Shown: positions 1 through 13,002 of the stretch, in pieces
Layout of the letters: each line of letters opens with the position of its first letter
Numbering within the stretch: position 1 is the first letter of the stretch
Assembly: GCA_013239625.1 (NCBI GenBank)
Contig: MU054118.1
Location: forward strand, 1-64,000
Origin: Lama guanicoe
Taxonomy: Eukaryota
Length of the DNA: 64,000 bases
Reading direction: 5' to 3'
The notes under the pieces: generated by a model
What the model was told of the DNA's origin: nothing
The model's database searches: none
The model's input: only the letters and a program-made list of their open reading frames with translations
Program-made: the position numbers and the translations under genes

Positions 1-90
1 ACATATCCCCAAGCGTGGGAAGGCTGGAACATGAGGTAAGTCCTTGCTTTGTTTTTTAAGGAACCTCCATCGTGTCTTCTGTAGTCGCAT
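1..90 (-). mobile_element. L1 fragment
   Basis: gttttttaaggaacctccatcgtgtcttctgtag resembles the antisense L1 ORF2 3' region seen in other L1 copies in this window. Confidence 0.55.
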
Positions 91-295
91 TGCTTCCTGT
101 CTTATTGAAGGAGAGCCATGCTCAGAATGTAATATGTATTTCTAGAGGTCAGACATGAAGTTCCGTGAGCTTGGTCTGTTCCGGAATAAGAGGGCATTCT
201 GGCAGGGCTGGAGGAGATTCACCAGGGCATTGTGGCTCATGCAGCATTCAGACCACAGGGGTACGTTCCAGGCTAGGATGAGTAGCATGAGCTTC

Positions 296-609
296 TTGTC
301 ATCCCTTGGTAACCTTAGCCCACTGGTTCCAGGACTTCCCCCTTATGCCAACGTCCATCGATTCTGACATGTCTTTTATAAAATTTAAGAAGACTTGCAC
401 GGATTTTACGTGCTCCTACACGTGTACTTTAAATCCTCTCTTGATTACTCACAGTATCTGAGGCATTGTGTATAGTACGTAAGTAGTTGCCAGCCTGTGG
501 CCAATTCAAGTATTGCTTTTTGAATCTTTCAATTTTTTTCTGTATATTTTCCATCCACATTTCTTTCAATCTGCTGGATAGGGGACCCCTAGGTATGGAC
601 AGTGGCCTG
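296..609. mobile_element. MER2-like (Tigger-derived) DNA transposon relic
   Basis: tggttccaggac...tactttaaatcctctcttgattact...ggacccctaggtatggacagtggcctg resembles the MER2 consensus as recalled. Confidence 0.65.
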
Positions 610-778
610 GATTCTCAGTCTAATCTTAAACAGGCTGCACAAATAAAGCAAGCCAAACCCAAATGAGCTGTTTTAATTAACAGCATTTAGAGCACTGGTT
701 CAGTGACACAAGTCTCCGAGCTGACTATTTTGGTGAACAGTGTTCATCTACAGGAGCATGTTCCAGAACCATTATCAC

Positions 779-936
779 CTCAGGTGTCAGCTTCTGTTTA
801 TTCTGTTGCTTTCTTAAGCTGAACTGTATCATTACCCAGAAGCTCCTGGTTTTCAGCACACTGCTGTAATCTTTTCTGCAGGCCACTCATTTCTTATGTG
901 TTTCTTCCAAAATTTTTATTTCATATAATTTTTCAC
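779..936 (-). pseudogene. CEP162: CEP162-like exon remnant (most 3' one in window)
   Basis: cttatag acceptor and GAG|GTGATA donor. Encodes GEKLYEIK / ILEETH / EMSGLQKRLQQCAENQELLGNDTVQLKKATE* with frameshifts and a stop. Confidence 0.9.
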
Positions 937-1918
937 CTATAAGATAAAGTAACTCAATAACCTGAATGTAATTTTTCAAAATATGGAAATAACTAAATTA
1001 AAAGATTTCACATGAAAACCAATGCCTATTTAATGAAAGCATCATGAAAAATTAAGGGGCAAAAACAAAGAAACAAACAAACAATGGATGTAGCATGATT
1101 GTGCACAATACAGTGTGTTAGCACGACAAACACATGATGGGAGCAATGATTATTACTGTATTTTGTAGAAGAGGAAAGTACATTTCTTATGAACAGGTTA
1201 GTGGATTTTATTTGTACGTATCTTACACTGAGGATCATCAAATCACAGAGAAAAGAGCCTTCCTTTGGTAATAAGGGCTCCTCTGATCGACCTTTCCGGC
1301 CCCGTGTCCTGCCCGCCTGCGGCCCAGGACAGGTGCGCTCAGTGACACACCCATGAGACACAGCTGCACGGCCTCCCTCCTCTCCTCCTGAGGCCCTCCA
1401 CCTGCCAGGACCCAGCTCAAATGCTTCTTCTCCCTGAAACCCTTACCAGGAACCTCCTGTTTATTTCTAATTTTTTTTAAATATTAAACTTTTCTGCATT
1501 CTTACCTTACTCCTCATTTGTTTTCCTCGATGGGGAACGCCATATTCACCCTCGTGTCTTCTACCAACACAGCACGGTGTTGTCTATTCACTTGTCAAAC
1601 ACTTGAGAGCTTATGTTTCAGGCCCAGGGATAAAAAGGGAGTCCGGCCCTGGAAGGTCGCGGTCCAGCTGGGAGGACTGCAAACAGCTGCGCACACAATG
1701 CCACGAATTCAAAATAATTTTTGAGTTTCTTCAACTCTTGCAATTATTGATGCTGAAACCAATCAAATGTACATACCTCTTAATAACTAATTTTGAAAAG
1801 TTTCTAAAATTACAATATACTTGTAGGAATAGCATTTTGCTTATATTAGTTGCTATAACTTACACTTACGTTCAGCACAGTTACGAGTATAAAATACTCA
1901 TCCCAGCTCGGTGTGCTC

Positions 1919-2045
1919 CGTTTGGTGCGCGCACCTGCTCTCTGGCTTGGTCTCTCTCTCTCTTCGTTTTTCCCAAGTCTGCTTCAAGAGCTTGCTTGTC
2001 TTGCTTCAGTCTTTTGAGGTCTTCCAATAAACCTGTTTTCTCTTT
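1919..2045 (-). pseudogene. CEP162: CEP162-like exon remnant
   Basis: Encodes KEKTGLLEDLKRLKQDKQALEADLGKTKRERDQAREQ. The original donor is not recognisable, so the 3' boundary is approximate. Confidence 0.9.
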
Positions 2046-4456
2046 CTTGATATTCCTAGAAATACAAAAGCAACTTATTCCTAATCACGACAGATTGCGA
2101 TATAGGCTCTCTTTTACCCAATTCATCCTTTTCTGCTGTTGGTCATCTTTCCTAAATTTCAGCTCTGATTTTACCCCGCCCCCTCCAAATGATGACGAGC
2201 TTCCCGGAGCCCGCCGGAGCCAGCTCTGAGCATGTGCCCAGCACAGCCGCTGGGCCCTCCCCACCGCTGCTCTCACTGCTCCCGGATGACGACGACCCCC
2301 TAACTAGCCCGCCTCTTCCACTCCCAGCACCTGTGGTCCACCCTCCACACAAGAAGAGGTGAATTGTTTTGAAGAGTCCATTAATATCACTCCTTCATCT
2401 GAAACTCTCTGGTGGCTCCCCTGTGTTAGGGTAAATCTGAAGTCCTTATTACCATGACCTTCAGTGTCGCACAACCCAGTGTTGCCTGCTCCTCTATCGC
2501 ATGTCCCACAAATCTTCCCCCTCCTGCTCCACTCCGGCTGCAGAGACCTCCTGGTTGGCTGGGAACATGCTCAGCACACTCCTACCCCAGGAGCACACTG
2601 CTTCCCCTGCCTGCAGCTCTGCCCCCGAGAGCCGGGTGTCTCACTCCTGCACTGGCTCAGGACTTCTGCTCAGGTGCGGCCCCAGGAAGGCCTTCCCTGA
2701 TCCCTCTTTCTAAAATGGCAGCCCCCAACCTGGCCACCAGGTGTGCTGCTTTATTTTCTTCTCAAAACACTCATCAGCACCTGACACTGTATATATTTAC
2801 TTGAAAGCAAAACTTGATTTTGCTCATCTTTGTGTCACAAATGCAGGGAAGAAAAAGGCTTGGCCCAACATTTCACACAACTCTCAATATCCTCATTCCT
2901 CTGCTTCACAGAGTCACACTTATCCTTCAAGACTGAGTTCAAGTGCAGCTCTTCCCGATAACCTCTCCCCACCCCCCACGAACCTTCCATGTCCCTCCAG
3001 CACAGCACTCAGTGCTTTGTTTTCCATGACCCTGACCTGTGTGCAGGCCTTTTCTCTTTAACAAGCTGCAAGCTCTGTGGGGACCGAGACTGATGTCACC
3101 ACCTGGTTACCTGACGGCACTAAGCAGAGGGCAGTTGCTCAGTAAATGAACATGGGACTCAACTCAGAACTGCTGAAGGAATTCTCGGATTCATGGCACG
3201 ACACTTGGTACGGTTCAGTTTTAAAATAAAAATTGTCAGAAGTTTTGTATCACACTACCTTAAATCCAGCCTTACCAAGAAAATAAATCCATCCATAAAG
3301 CCCTGTATTATCATGGGTTTTGGCTTCATCATTTCATTGTTGAATCTTCTGTGTGACCTTCTGTTGATGTCATTTCAGGAGAGTTACTGAGGTTCTTCAA
3401 GATTTTACTGTGAGACACACTCAGGGGCCTCTGGCCGCCTCTTTGACCTGATCGTCCACCACTCTGGTCCTTACTCCTTTCAATACAAAATACTCAGTTC
3501 TTAAAAATTCAAAACTAACAGTGGAACTCTGTGTCACTGAAGATAAAAAGTTTATTTTCTCTAAAGAGCAAAACCTAAGTGAGGAGTACACTCTAAGGGA
3601 AATGCTGATGTGGGATCTAAAAGAACGCAAGCCCTCAGAGTGTTGGCTTATTAGGAATGTAAAAATACTTCCTGCCAATTCTCAGAGGAAAAAACAAATC
3701 AATATCCCACAAAGATTTGCTGCATTTTCCTGCGGGGTCTGTGCCCCCTGTCATGTCATTCTAGACTCCCTTCTGAGAAGCACACATTGCCAGTCAGACA
3801 CATGGAAACAAACCAACCAAATACAGTCCACTACCTGAACCTTAGAATCAATTTTTCTGTTTTTCCAGAGACATTATAAAAGGACATTAGGACTCCATAT
3901 ATGATCATCTAACCCCAATGTACTAAAGAAATCATTTATTTCATTGTGAAAATGATTTAGAGCTCCAGTTTTGGACCCTAGAATAGATCTCTTTTAAAAA
4001 ACAGACAATATAAGATGTGAAATTTTGAAACACTTTACTGAAGCATTTGGGAAGAAAGCTGATGTAAATCGTCATGCTTCAGAACTAGGCAGATTAGCCT
4101 TGGCCTAGGGAAAGGAGATTTTTTTCCCCCCTACTTACTCAAAAGTGTCCTCACTTGCCAACCTGTGTACTTTCTAGCTTTGTCTGTACAATGTGTGTCT
4201 TTTTCTATTTTGCATGAAAGATCAGTGTGATCTAACAGCAGCCCTGCCTCAATGCCCTAAGTTATCTTACAGAAAAATGGAAGAAGTATGTGAATATGTG
4301 TAACATACATGACATTCACAGCCAAAGAAGTTTCTTCTGACAGCAGTCCTATTTGCATGTTTTGGTGAAATGGTTAGTCACTTCTTAAAAGAAGGCAGGA
4401 CCCTAGCTTGCCCACCGCTGTTGGTACAGCTCCTTCACTTAACATGTTAAAAGTGG

Positions 4457-4902
4457 GTGTAGTAACATCCAAAATCCCTTACAGTGTGAGCTCTGCCAGC
4501 CCGCCACAGTGAGTGCTGGTTCTCACCACTGAGGCTCCCCTCCTCTGGAGAAACATCGTCACCAAATGGCAGCCCCTGCCCCCCGGCCTAGAGATACCCC
4601 CACCCACTTCCTAGAGCACACTTCAGCCAGGGACTGACTGGCTGGGGGGTATAAATGGCTTTCCCCCACTTGCCTCATTTGGGGACCAACTCTGGGGTGC
4701 AGTCTGCTCTCCTGAGCTTTCTGGTGAGGGAAGAATGACACCAGCCTCTAGCTGAGACCACGGTCTCACTTGCCCTCCCTCCCCCTGCCCACCCCCACCT
4801 TGCATCTCTTGCTCCCCTTCTCCTGAGAGTTATCCTGCAGGAAATCACCTCCACAAGGACCCCCAGCTCAGGCTCTACTTGTTCGGAACCCGACCTAAGA
4901 CA
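4457..4902 (+). mobile_element. Ancient ERVL-type LTR (LTR16/LTR33-like)
   Basis: Ends in ctcaggctctacttgttcggaacccgacctaagaca, the characteristic LTR16-type terminus; starts near tgtagt. Confidence 0.6.
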
Positions 4903-5242
4903 GTAAATGATACTGTATATTTATTTTACTATTATTACTAAAAGCATCATTACTGAGATGCATTACATAAATGTCCCAGGCTTAATGACGGATCAAGAGG
5001 GCTGTTCAATTTCCTAAAACTGATGTCAAATTCAAATATGAATATGCTGAAAATACTGAAGTATGTATTAGTTGTCTAATGCCAAAAGAAAATCCACTGA
5101 AAACTAAAAACATGAAAGTTACAAAACTGAAAATCAATGTAAAATTTTTAAAATTTCCAAGTATAACTAAAGGTATTGTTAATATAACAATAAAATGCTT
5201 AGAAAGAATCGATTTGATTTTGAGAATTTAAAAAGGACTTAC

Positions 5243-5350
5243 TTTCAGGATGCTGGTTTGCTGAATAAGCTCTGATTTTCCTTGAACGTTCACTCTTCAT
5301 TTTTCTTGTTCATGGAGATCTTTCACTTGATTATACAATTTTTCATTTTC
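5243..5350 (-). pseudogene. CEP162: CEP162-like exon remnant
   Basis: Encodes ENEKLYNQVKDLHEQ, then frameshifts to KNEE*TFKENQSLFSKPAS*; GTAAGT donor. Confidence 0.92.
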
Positions 5351-5715
5351 CTTTTTATAAATAGAAAGTTACATTGTAGGTAAGTCAGCAGGACCTATAT
5401 AACATTAGCATATGTGCTCATGAAAGATACATCCTTTAAATATTTTTAGTCTTTAAATTTCTTCAGTTTCTGAGTAAGCTTTAAAACATTTTTCAAACTT
5501 TCAGTTTTCTCAGAAGACAATTTGCTAGCTGAAAACAACTGTTTCCAAAGTGCTCCAAATGCTTAGTAAACAAAAAAGTTGCAGAACTTCCCAAAGCCAA
5601 CGAGCCTGGCAGTATAATGTACTGCGTTTCACAGGGGTAAGCGGGTGAATGACTGCAGGAAAAACCACGTCCTGATTTTGCACGTCAGGGATGGAAAGGC
5701 CAGGGGGGCTGTTTG

Positions 5716-6246
5716 TGTGATAAAAAAGAACAAACCCAACTCCATATGAGATCTGTTCCTTTGACTTTAACCCTGTGCTCTGTTTTCTAGGCTCAGTCTT
5801 GCCAGCTCTGCACCTTTTGTGGAACAATGCTGCCAATAGCCTGAAATATAGAGGAGAGCCTGTTCCCAAGGCTCTGACTTTTAAGGACATTAACACATTT
5901 CCATTCACATAAAGATAACAAGTTGCAGAATACAAAATAACATTTCTTTTGTTGGAAGTTTACAGGGGCACCATGATCTGACCTACGTGGACAGCTGCAA
6001 GAACACAGGATTCCAAGAACAAAGAATTCTTATGTCAAGAAGTTTGCAACAACCAAGGAAGTAGGAAAGGAGCCTGAATTCTGACTTGGGGAAGATGATT
6101 CTCCAGGACCTTAATCTGCCATCTTCTTGGTCTGCCAGCTTTCTGAATGGCTTTCTAAATAAAGTAACTGTTCATTGCCCCAAGACCCTGTCTCCTAATT
6201 TACTGGCTTTTGTGCAGTGAGCAGAATGAGTTTGGACTTGGTGACA
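5716..6246 (+). mobile_element. Solo ERV1-class LTR (MER41-like)
   Basis: TG...CA termini, 4-bp TSD TTTG (5712-5715 and 6247-6250) and an internal AATAAA. Confidence 0.85.
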
Positions 6247-7744
6247 TTTGTACCTTCTTTTTTTCTGTTTTTGGCCCATCTTTCTGTGGTGAGGAAACTG
6301 GATGGAGCCACAGTGGGTAGACAGGCTTGTTTCTGGAACTCTCTGTAAGCAAGGAGGTAGAGACTAGTTGTTTCCAGGAGATAAGGATGAGGTGAAGCAA
6401 AGCCTAGACCCAGCTCAGCACCTGGCTTGAGCTGAAGGGGGACTCAGACAGTGAGATCGGTGGCAATCTGTGCTTAGATGCTCTGGTTTATTAACCTCTT
6501 TAAAATTAAGAGTCTGATGAAAACCAAGGACCTTTGTGAATCTAATGAAACTCTGAACTATCTCACCACACCTGGCCTAATGCCTGGCAGATAGTCTGTG
6601 CTTAATTCTGCAAAATTCTTGAAACCCAGAAAAATACGTACATGTGTTGATACACAAGTTTTGTGTTCTGTGTGTGTGTGAGGGGCGGCTGGCATACTCA
6701 TGGGTCTGTTCCTTAAAACGCCATGCTCCGTGTGAGCTCAGAACTGCAGGCAGAGGGTCTGGATGGCTCTCAGTAACTCTAGGGCTGTGTGTCCTGCGAA
6801 ATCAGTACTATCTCATTTGCAGTAAATGCTGTCGTCTCTGATGTGGTAGCACTTTCTCTGGATGTCCCTGGAGTGAAAGTGCTTCTTACTGGCAGGCTCA
6901 AGGCTTAGGCTACTACTGTCAAAGGAGAAAAAGGTAATGAGACAGAAGGGGGTGGGGTGGTGGAGAGGAAATGAAGGTGAAGCTCGTGCTCTAGATCACC
7001 AAACCTGTCCTGGCTGCCTGTCAGGTTAGCGTCACCAAGATGCATCACACAGAACAAATGTCTGACTTCTACAGGACACGTACATTTTCTCCCAATTTTA
7101 AGTCAAATTTTTTTCAATCTCAGGGCATTGGCAATTAATGTCCGATTCATATTTCTGAATATAATATCAAAACTAGTCAATATTATCTACTGAAAATCAT
7201 TACAAAAAATGAAAGAAAAATGGGACAGTTTCTAAGGAAACGGCTATAACATTAGTCATAGGCAACACGCATTAACTGGTTACTGTGCAGAGGGCACTCA
7301 GGTTGGCCTGCACTGTCCTTTTTATGATTTAAATATATGTATTTCCTAATGTGGCTTTAATGTCACACAAGTGGCTTTTAAGTGTAAAGCAAGAGAAAAC
7401 TGGTAGCCAAGGAAAGCCTGCCAGGCCTGTTTTCCGAGCTCATGGAAGGCCCCACCGGCCCATCCAAGCCCTGACCAGCGGGTTTAGCAGCAGCTGTGAC
7501 AACGGCCCCGTGTCCCTCCGGGACAGCGAGGGCGTAGGCCCTGCACTCTCAGAAGCCTGGTTTCCTATGGGGCCGTGGGCTCCTCTGGGCCCCTGGCTCA
7601 CTACACCAGTGAAAACTCCCTTAATCCGTAGTCCTTTAACTCTGACTAGGGAAGGGTGGCTCCCCTGGCAGGCAGGCTGGGGGCAGAATCAGCCTGCCTT
7701 TGCTGCAGGGCTCCGGGAGATGAGGTGCTGTCTTATCTTCATTT

Positions 7745-7910
7745 CACAACCACTCTTATGAGAGGTACTATCAGTCTCATTCCCATTTCACAGATGGGAA
7801 AACTGGCTCAGAGGGGGGATGTGACTTGCCTAAGGCTGCACAGCAGGTAGTGAAGCCAAGCCTAAAATCAGACTCTGAATCCAGAACCCATGCTCTTAAC
7901 CACTTTAATT
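7745..7910. mobile_element. MIR SINE
   Basis: MIR core cccatttcacagatgggaaaactggctcagag...gtgacttgcctaagg. Confidence 0.8.
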
Positions 7911-8065
7911 CTGCCCATGACAAATGTACGGACCAGTCAAATGATTACTTCCTCATATTGCCAGAATTCCCATTACCTGTTAAATGGACACAAATATTTT
8001 TAAATGCCTTATTTTCAAAACCAAAGGATCTCATAACAAGCTCATTATGTGCTGAAGAACCCTAC

Positions 8066-8200
8066 CTGTTGACGTCCCTGAACAAGTGTCTCTTGTTCCT
8101 ATTTCTTTTTTTGATTTTATTTTTCCTCTGTGGCAGGAGCTGATGTTTCCTCAAAAGGCAACCACCTTTGTTTCTTGTTTGATTCTTCAACGCTACTTCA
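8066..8200 (-). pseudogene. CEP162: CEP162-like exon remnant
   Basis: ttcttag acceptor and CAG|GTAGGG donor. Encodes *SSVEESNKKQRWLPFEETSAPATEEK*NQKKK*EQETLVQGRQQ, with three in-frame stops. Confidence 0.9.
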
Positions 8201-8723
8201 CTAAGAAAATGCAGACATTATTTTATTTGGGAAAGGAAATGATGAAGTGAGGAAGAATAAAAGAAAACACAAGGTGCACAGACCTAGAACTGTCTTACAA
8301 CCACACTGGAATTAGTTTAACACCAGCGACAGTTAATTCATTACAGGATGATTTGTGCTGATGGCTCTGATGATGTAATTAACTCAGAAATGCTACACAG
8401 TGTCATTCTCTGAACTTAGCCCTTCTACAGCAATCTTTCTGAAACTCTGTCTTCCTTGAAGGTCACCACCGTGAACTAAGGGATTTATTTTCAAAAAGAC
8501 TGCTAACAAGAGAAGGATCAATATGAGCCAGTTTAAATTCTGATTTTTCCCCAGGGGTTTGATTTAGGCTCTTCTGTTGGGAGGCACTCTCGGGAACCAA
8601 GTCACCAGCAGCAAACGCATCAAGTCAAAGAGCCACAGGGACAGAGGGTGACAATGCATTTAGCAGGGAGTACTAGTTCTTTTTCCATAAGTAAAAGGAA
8701 AAGTAGGGCAATGTGTCTAGTAC

Positions 8724-8953
8724 CTTGGCTCGAAGGATATAATTGTCTTGACTGAGTTGGAATAGTTCCTTCTCCTGCTGTCTCTGTAGTTCCTCTATCT
8801 TATCTTCCAAAGCTCTTGCTCTTTTTCTGAGAATGTGACTGTAATCCACTGCCCGAGGGCCTGTGCCCCTCTGCATTTTCCCTCTGCTTCCTGAACTCTT
8901 TCAAACATAGTCAGTTTTGCTTCCTTGTTCCCACCACGGCAGCCTGAAGAATC
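8724..8953 (-). pseudogene. CEP162: CEP162-like exon remnant
   Basis: Encodes DSSGCRGGNKEAKLTMFERVQEAEGKCRGAQALGQWITVTFSEKEQEL, then frameshifts to EDKIEELQRQQEKELFQLSQDNYILRAK; ends AAG|GT. Confidence 0.92.
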
Positions 8954-9213
8954 CTTTTAAGGAAAAGCATTACTTTGGTATGTTGAGTTATATATTAGAT
9001 TTGAACACAGTGGGTTAGGGAAAAAAAACACAAATGAAAATGACACGGTTAACAATGTTCTAGTACACAAGAAAATCAATAAATGTTCAGTAAGAGTGAG
9101 TGAGTGCAGTATCACTCAGTGCAGAAGAAATTTCATTATTTATAATTTAATTTTAACGTATAATTATAGACCATACAACCATTATGAATATTACTGTGAA
9201 ATTCAACACCTAC

Positions 9214-9333
9214 ATTCAGAAACTGAACACAGGCATCAGTTTCTGAGGGGCCCTCAGACTTCTCGGGGAGCCACGCAGCTTTCCCCGTGGGAGGCTGGAG
9301 TTGCTGGCTTGGTGAGTCCTGCTCCAGATATTC
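9214..9333 (-). pseudogene. CEP162: CEP162-like exon remnant
   Basis: atttag acceptor and GTAGGT donor. Encodes ISGAGLTKPATPASHGESCVAPR / KSEGP / SETDACVQFLN across two frameshifts, resembling human ILSGTKLIKPA...KSENPTETDSCIQFQT as recalled. Confidence 0.75.
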
Positions 9334-12300
9334 CTAAATGTCATGAACAATGGATAAAAGCACCGAAAATACAAACTACATTGAATGTGTATTTGGCAAT
9401 TATGTAACAAGAATCACTAATACAACGGGAGCACTAAGACAAGTGAGGATCTCACAGCAGGCAGGTGTGTAACAAGTGCCCTCACACAGCTGTCCCCCTG
9501 CACGCAGGACCCTGCATGTGGGACCCCTGCCCGGAACCGGCTTCTACTCCATTTGACGCGGAGGCCAACTGACCCAAGGCTCATGTCCAATGACACATGG
9601 AGCTAAATAAATGTGAGGAGAATGTGGATAGGATAATTTCAGGTTTTGTTACTTTTAAATAAATTACTCTTTTAAATGTTCACAGAAATAACTAAAAATA
9701 TCTAAAAGAGGAATCAAAGAGCAGCTGATAACTTTATGAAGAATTTTAGTTCCGATTAAGTGGGCTTTATAGGACATTTTTCTGTATAAAGTATATCAAG
9801 GTATAGTATCACTGGAATAATATAAATTGCATGGAAACTATAACAACAAGTTCAAGTTTGATTAAAGAAATAAATGATAGTCCTGCTCTAATACTGTGAT
9901 ATCATTCATCACATTAGAAAAAATGTTATTATGTATATTTTTGTCAAATTTTTGGCTTTTAAGGTACCTCATAAATCCCCAAACAGCAGAAATAGTTCTA
10001 AGGCCAATAATTATTCAGTTAGTAATACAAAAAGAAAGTTTCAGGGAACTCCCTAGAAGAGATCTGGAGGCCCATACTCAAACCCTGCAGGTCCTGAACT
10101 GACCCCCAGTGAACGTTTCCCTGACTGCCTTCGAGGTAAGTGAAGAATTAAAATTTTATACTTTTAATATAATTTCTTTAGGATGTTAACTTTTTAAACG
10201 CAAAGTTTACTTCTTTCATTAAAAGTGAAATAAGTGGTTCTTAAAGATTTGGAAACTACAGAAAAGTCAAAAGAAGAAACAAGTCCCCAAAAGTACCTCA
10301 ACCCAAGATTTCCTTCAAATCTTTTCCAGGTTTTTTCCTTATAGAGTAGTAATCACATTTAATTGGGCAGTTTGATTTAGAAGGTTTTCCGTAGAAACCT
10401 CTTAAAGCATTCATAAAGGATCTGTTTCAGTCAATGTAAAATCAGGCCATTAATCCCTCCAAGTCACTGGAGGACCATTAACGTGGCCAGTGAAGGAGTC
10501 AGACCCGCCAGCACTGTGATTCTCCCCAGGACGGGGTGGCAGGAGTGTGGCAGGTGGTTCTTGCTCCAGCTGCAGTCGGCCAGTGCTTTCACACCAGAAT
10601 TCTCCCTTCCTGAGTTCTTCATTTTGATTTCTCTAAGTTGTTATTTTTCAGTAATAGTACATGGACAGTATCTTTTCCTTTTATACAGGAAAGAAAAGTT
10701 GCTTAGATATGAAATTCAAATATGAAAACACTGCAGAATTTGGGACTTCTGAGCCCTTCTTAAAAAAATGGATTAAAAAAATTCAGTCAAATTATACGGC
10801 AATCAAAATAATTCCAGAATGGAGGAGCAATGGCTAATGGACTGGTGAAAAGCATTCTGGCTCTGTAATAACCAGAACCAAGATCCACTTTCAAATGCTT
10901 AAGGGAATTACAGCTGCTGGAGAGAATATAATAAATATATTAATTATAAATAATATAATCATACATAAATATATATAATGATATATGACACATACATTAT
11001 ATATAGTATATAAAATAAAGTTATAAATAATATACTTATTAAAAAAGAACCAACAAAAATGGGTAGGAGTCATGCGAGTGGGGGATGTAAGAGTTTTACT
11101 ACGTATTTAATAGAAGGAAAAATTGATCATGTATAAAATTGGAAAAAGCAGTTAAAAATAACAATACAGCTTTGGCAGTCTTTCAGGGGTTTTCATAATC
11201 TATGTTCTTGAAGGACCTTTTGGGATGTAACATTTCTCAGGATGAAGTTTCTTTTTCTTCTTACAGATTTAAGTAAAATGAAACCTAATGTTTTAATGAA
11301 AAGAACTGATAAAGTGTGATCTGTTCTTATAAAATGCTTCGTCCATTTTTATTTGTCCACGTGCCTGCCTGTCTCCTTCCTTCCAGCTCTCATCCCTGTT
11401 CCTTCCATCTGCAGAAGGACACACACATGAGAGGCATGGAATGAGGCTCACCCACTATGACACCAGCTGTTTCTGGCTAAATTATTGTTTCCTTTTTACT
11501 TTTCTGTATTTTTGAATTTAAATAATGAGCAACTATTCCTTTTGTGACAACAAACATACTAATCTAAAAATAAAAACACAAGAGTAGACAGTCAAAGAAA
11601 ATTAATTTAGAATAAAAAGGAAAATCACCACATGGCAGACACTGCTAGCTGCCAACCTCCTCTTCCTCCCCACTAAAATTCTGCCCCGGGCAGCAATGTG
11701 CCAGTTAAACACACCCCTCTCCCTGGACTCCATGCACCCGGGGTGGGGTGGGGGGCAGGGGCACAGGATCAAAGTTCTGACCAGTAAGATGAAAGCAAAA
11801 ATTTCCAACACCGGGCTTCCAGGACAGCGACTAGTTCTCTGATTAAGCTGCTGAGTTAATGGGTGTATACTTTTTAGCTTTCACCCTCTTCCTCCTGACA
11901 GGGCTGGAGGTTGTGCAGCCATCTTGTGACAAGGAAGACTGAAGTCACAGACTAGGGATTTTGCAGCAGGAAAGAAGTGGGGGGGGGGTCTGGTTCCTTG
12001 CACACTTGCACCAGCTCTGAATTAACTGGCCCAGGCTTCCTGGTTATGTGAAAGAGAAGACTTTGAACTGCATCAGCGCCAGTCATGAGGGGCTGCTCCC
12101 TGGGAACCAGGGCTGATGCCAAGCACAGTCTCTAGACTTTCTGTACACGCGCTTTTGGCTCAGAGGCTGCTTCTCTGGCACCCAACCTGTGACAAGTAAC
12201 AACCACCCCCAAGGAATTCCAATTCTTCGGAATAAAACTAAAATCACTCTGGGCAATTTTCCAACAAAAAGACAGATTTTCTTTTTTTAAATCCTACTTA

Positions 12301-12479
12301 ACAGAGACTCTAATGAGAAAAAGATCAGTACAAAAACAGAAAATCACAGTTTGCCATTGTAATCAAATAAATATGAATTTTAGTGATGTGTTTTTATTTA
12401 TTTTGGCAGTAGCAAGCACTATGAAATTTTGAAATCAGGGAAAATGTTCATAAAAATATCGTTGCCTTCACCTATCAAC

Positions 12480-12969
12480 CTCTATGCCATCCCCCTCATT
12501 TCCATCGACTGTGACCTGACGTCTGGCTTCACTCTTAGTAATTTCCAACTGCGCATCAGAGACCCTTCAACTCCCTCCCTGTGCACGTCTCTCCACTCCA
12601 GCTGCTCTCTCCCACTGGTTTTTCTGGGTCTTTTTCTGTTACCAGTAATGCAACTGCGCCTGAATCTCAGTCTTAGGCATTTACCCTCTGGCAGTCCTGC
12701 CCCCACCAGGCGTGCCCTCTGGCACCTGGATGCCCACAGCGCTTGGGCCCCCGGGACTCACTCTGTTGATCCTGTGTGTCTCATACTGTCCACACCCCCG
12801 ATGTCTCTTCTTCCTTCATGACCCCACTTACATCCCAAACACATGGGCAGCTCCTTCCTGCTCCTCTCTCAGTCCACTGCACTCATTGGGCAAAAACCAC
12901 TTCTCTTGGTAAATCCAACTACACAACTATCAACACCCGCAGGCGTGTGGGAGAAAGTGGCTGTACACT

Positions 12970-13002
<33 letters not shown>

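Noticed and set aside
1603..2229. 208-aa plus-strand ORF
   Set aside because: Antisense to a CEP162 exon remnant; no coding signature of its own.
3272..3480. Exon-like minus-strand stretch with a GTAAGG donor
   Set aside because: Multiple stops in the frames I read and no recognisable homology.
4483..4560. Possible missing CEP162 exon (weak NQH..LAEL similarity, GTAAG donor)
   Set aside because: Lies within an LTR16-like element, so the similarity is likely chance.
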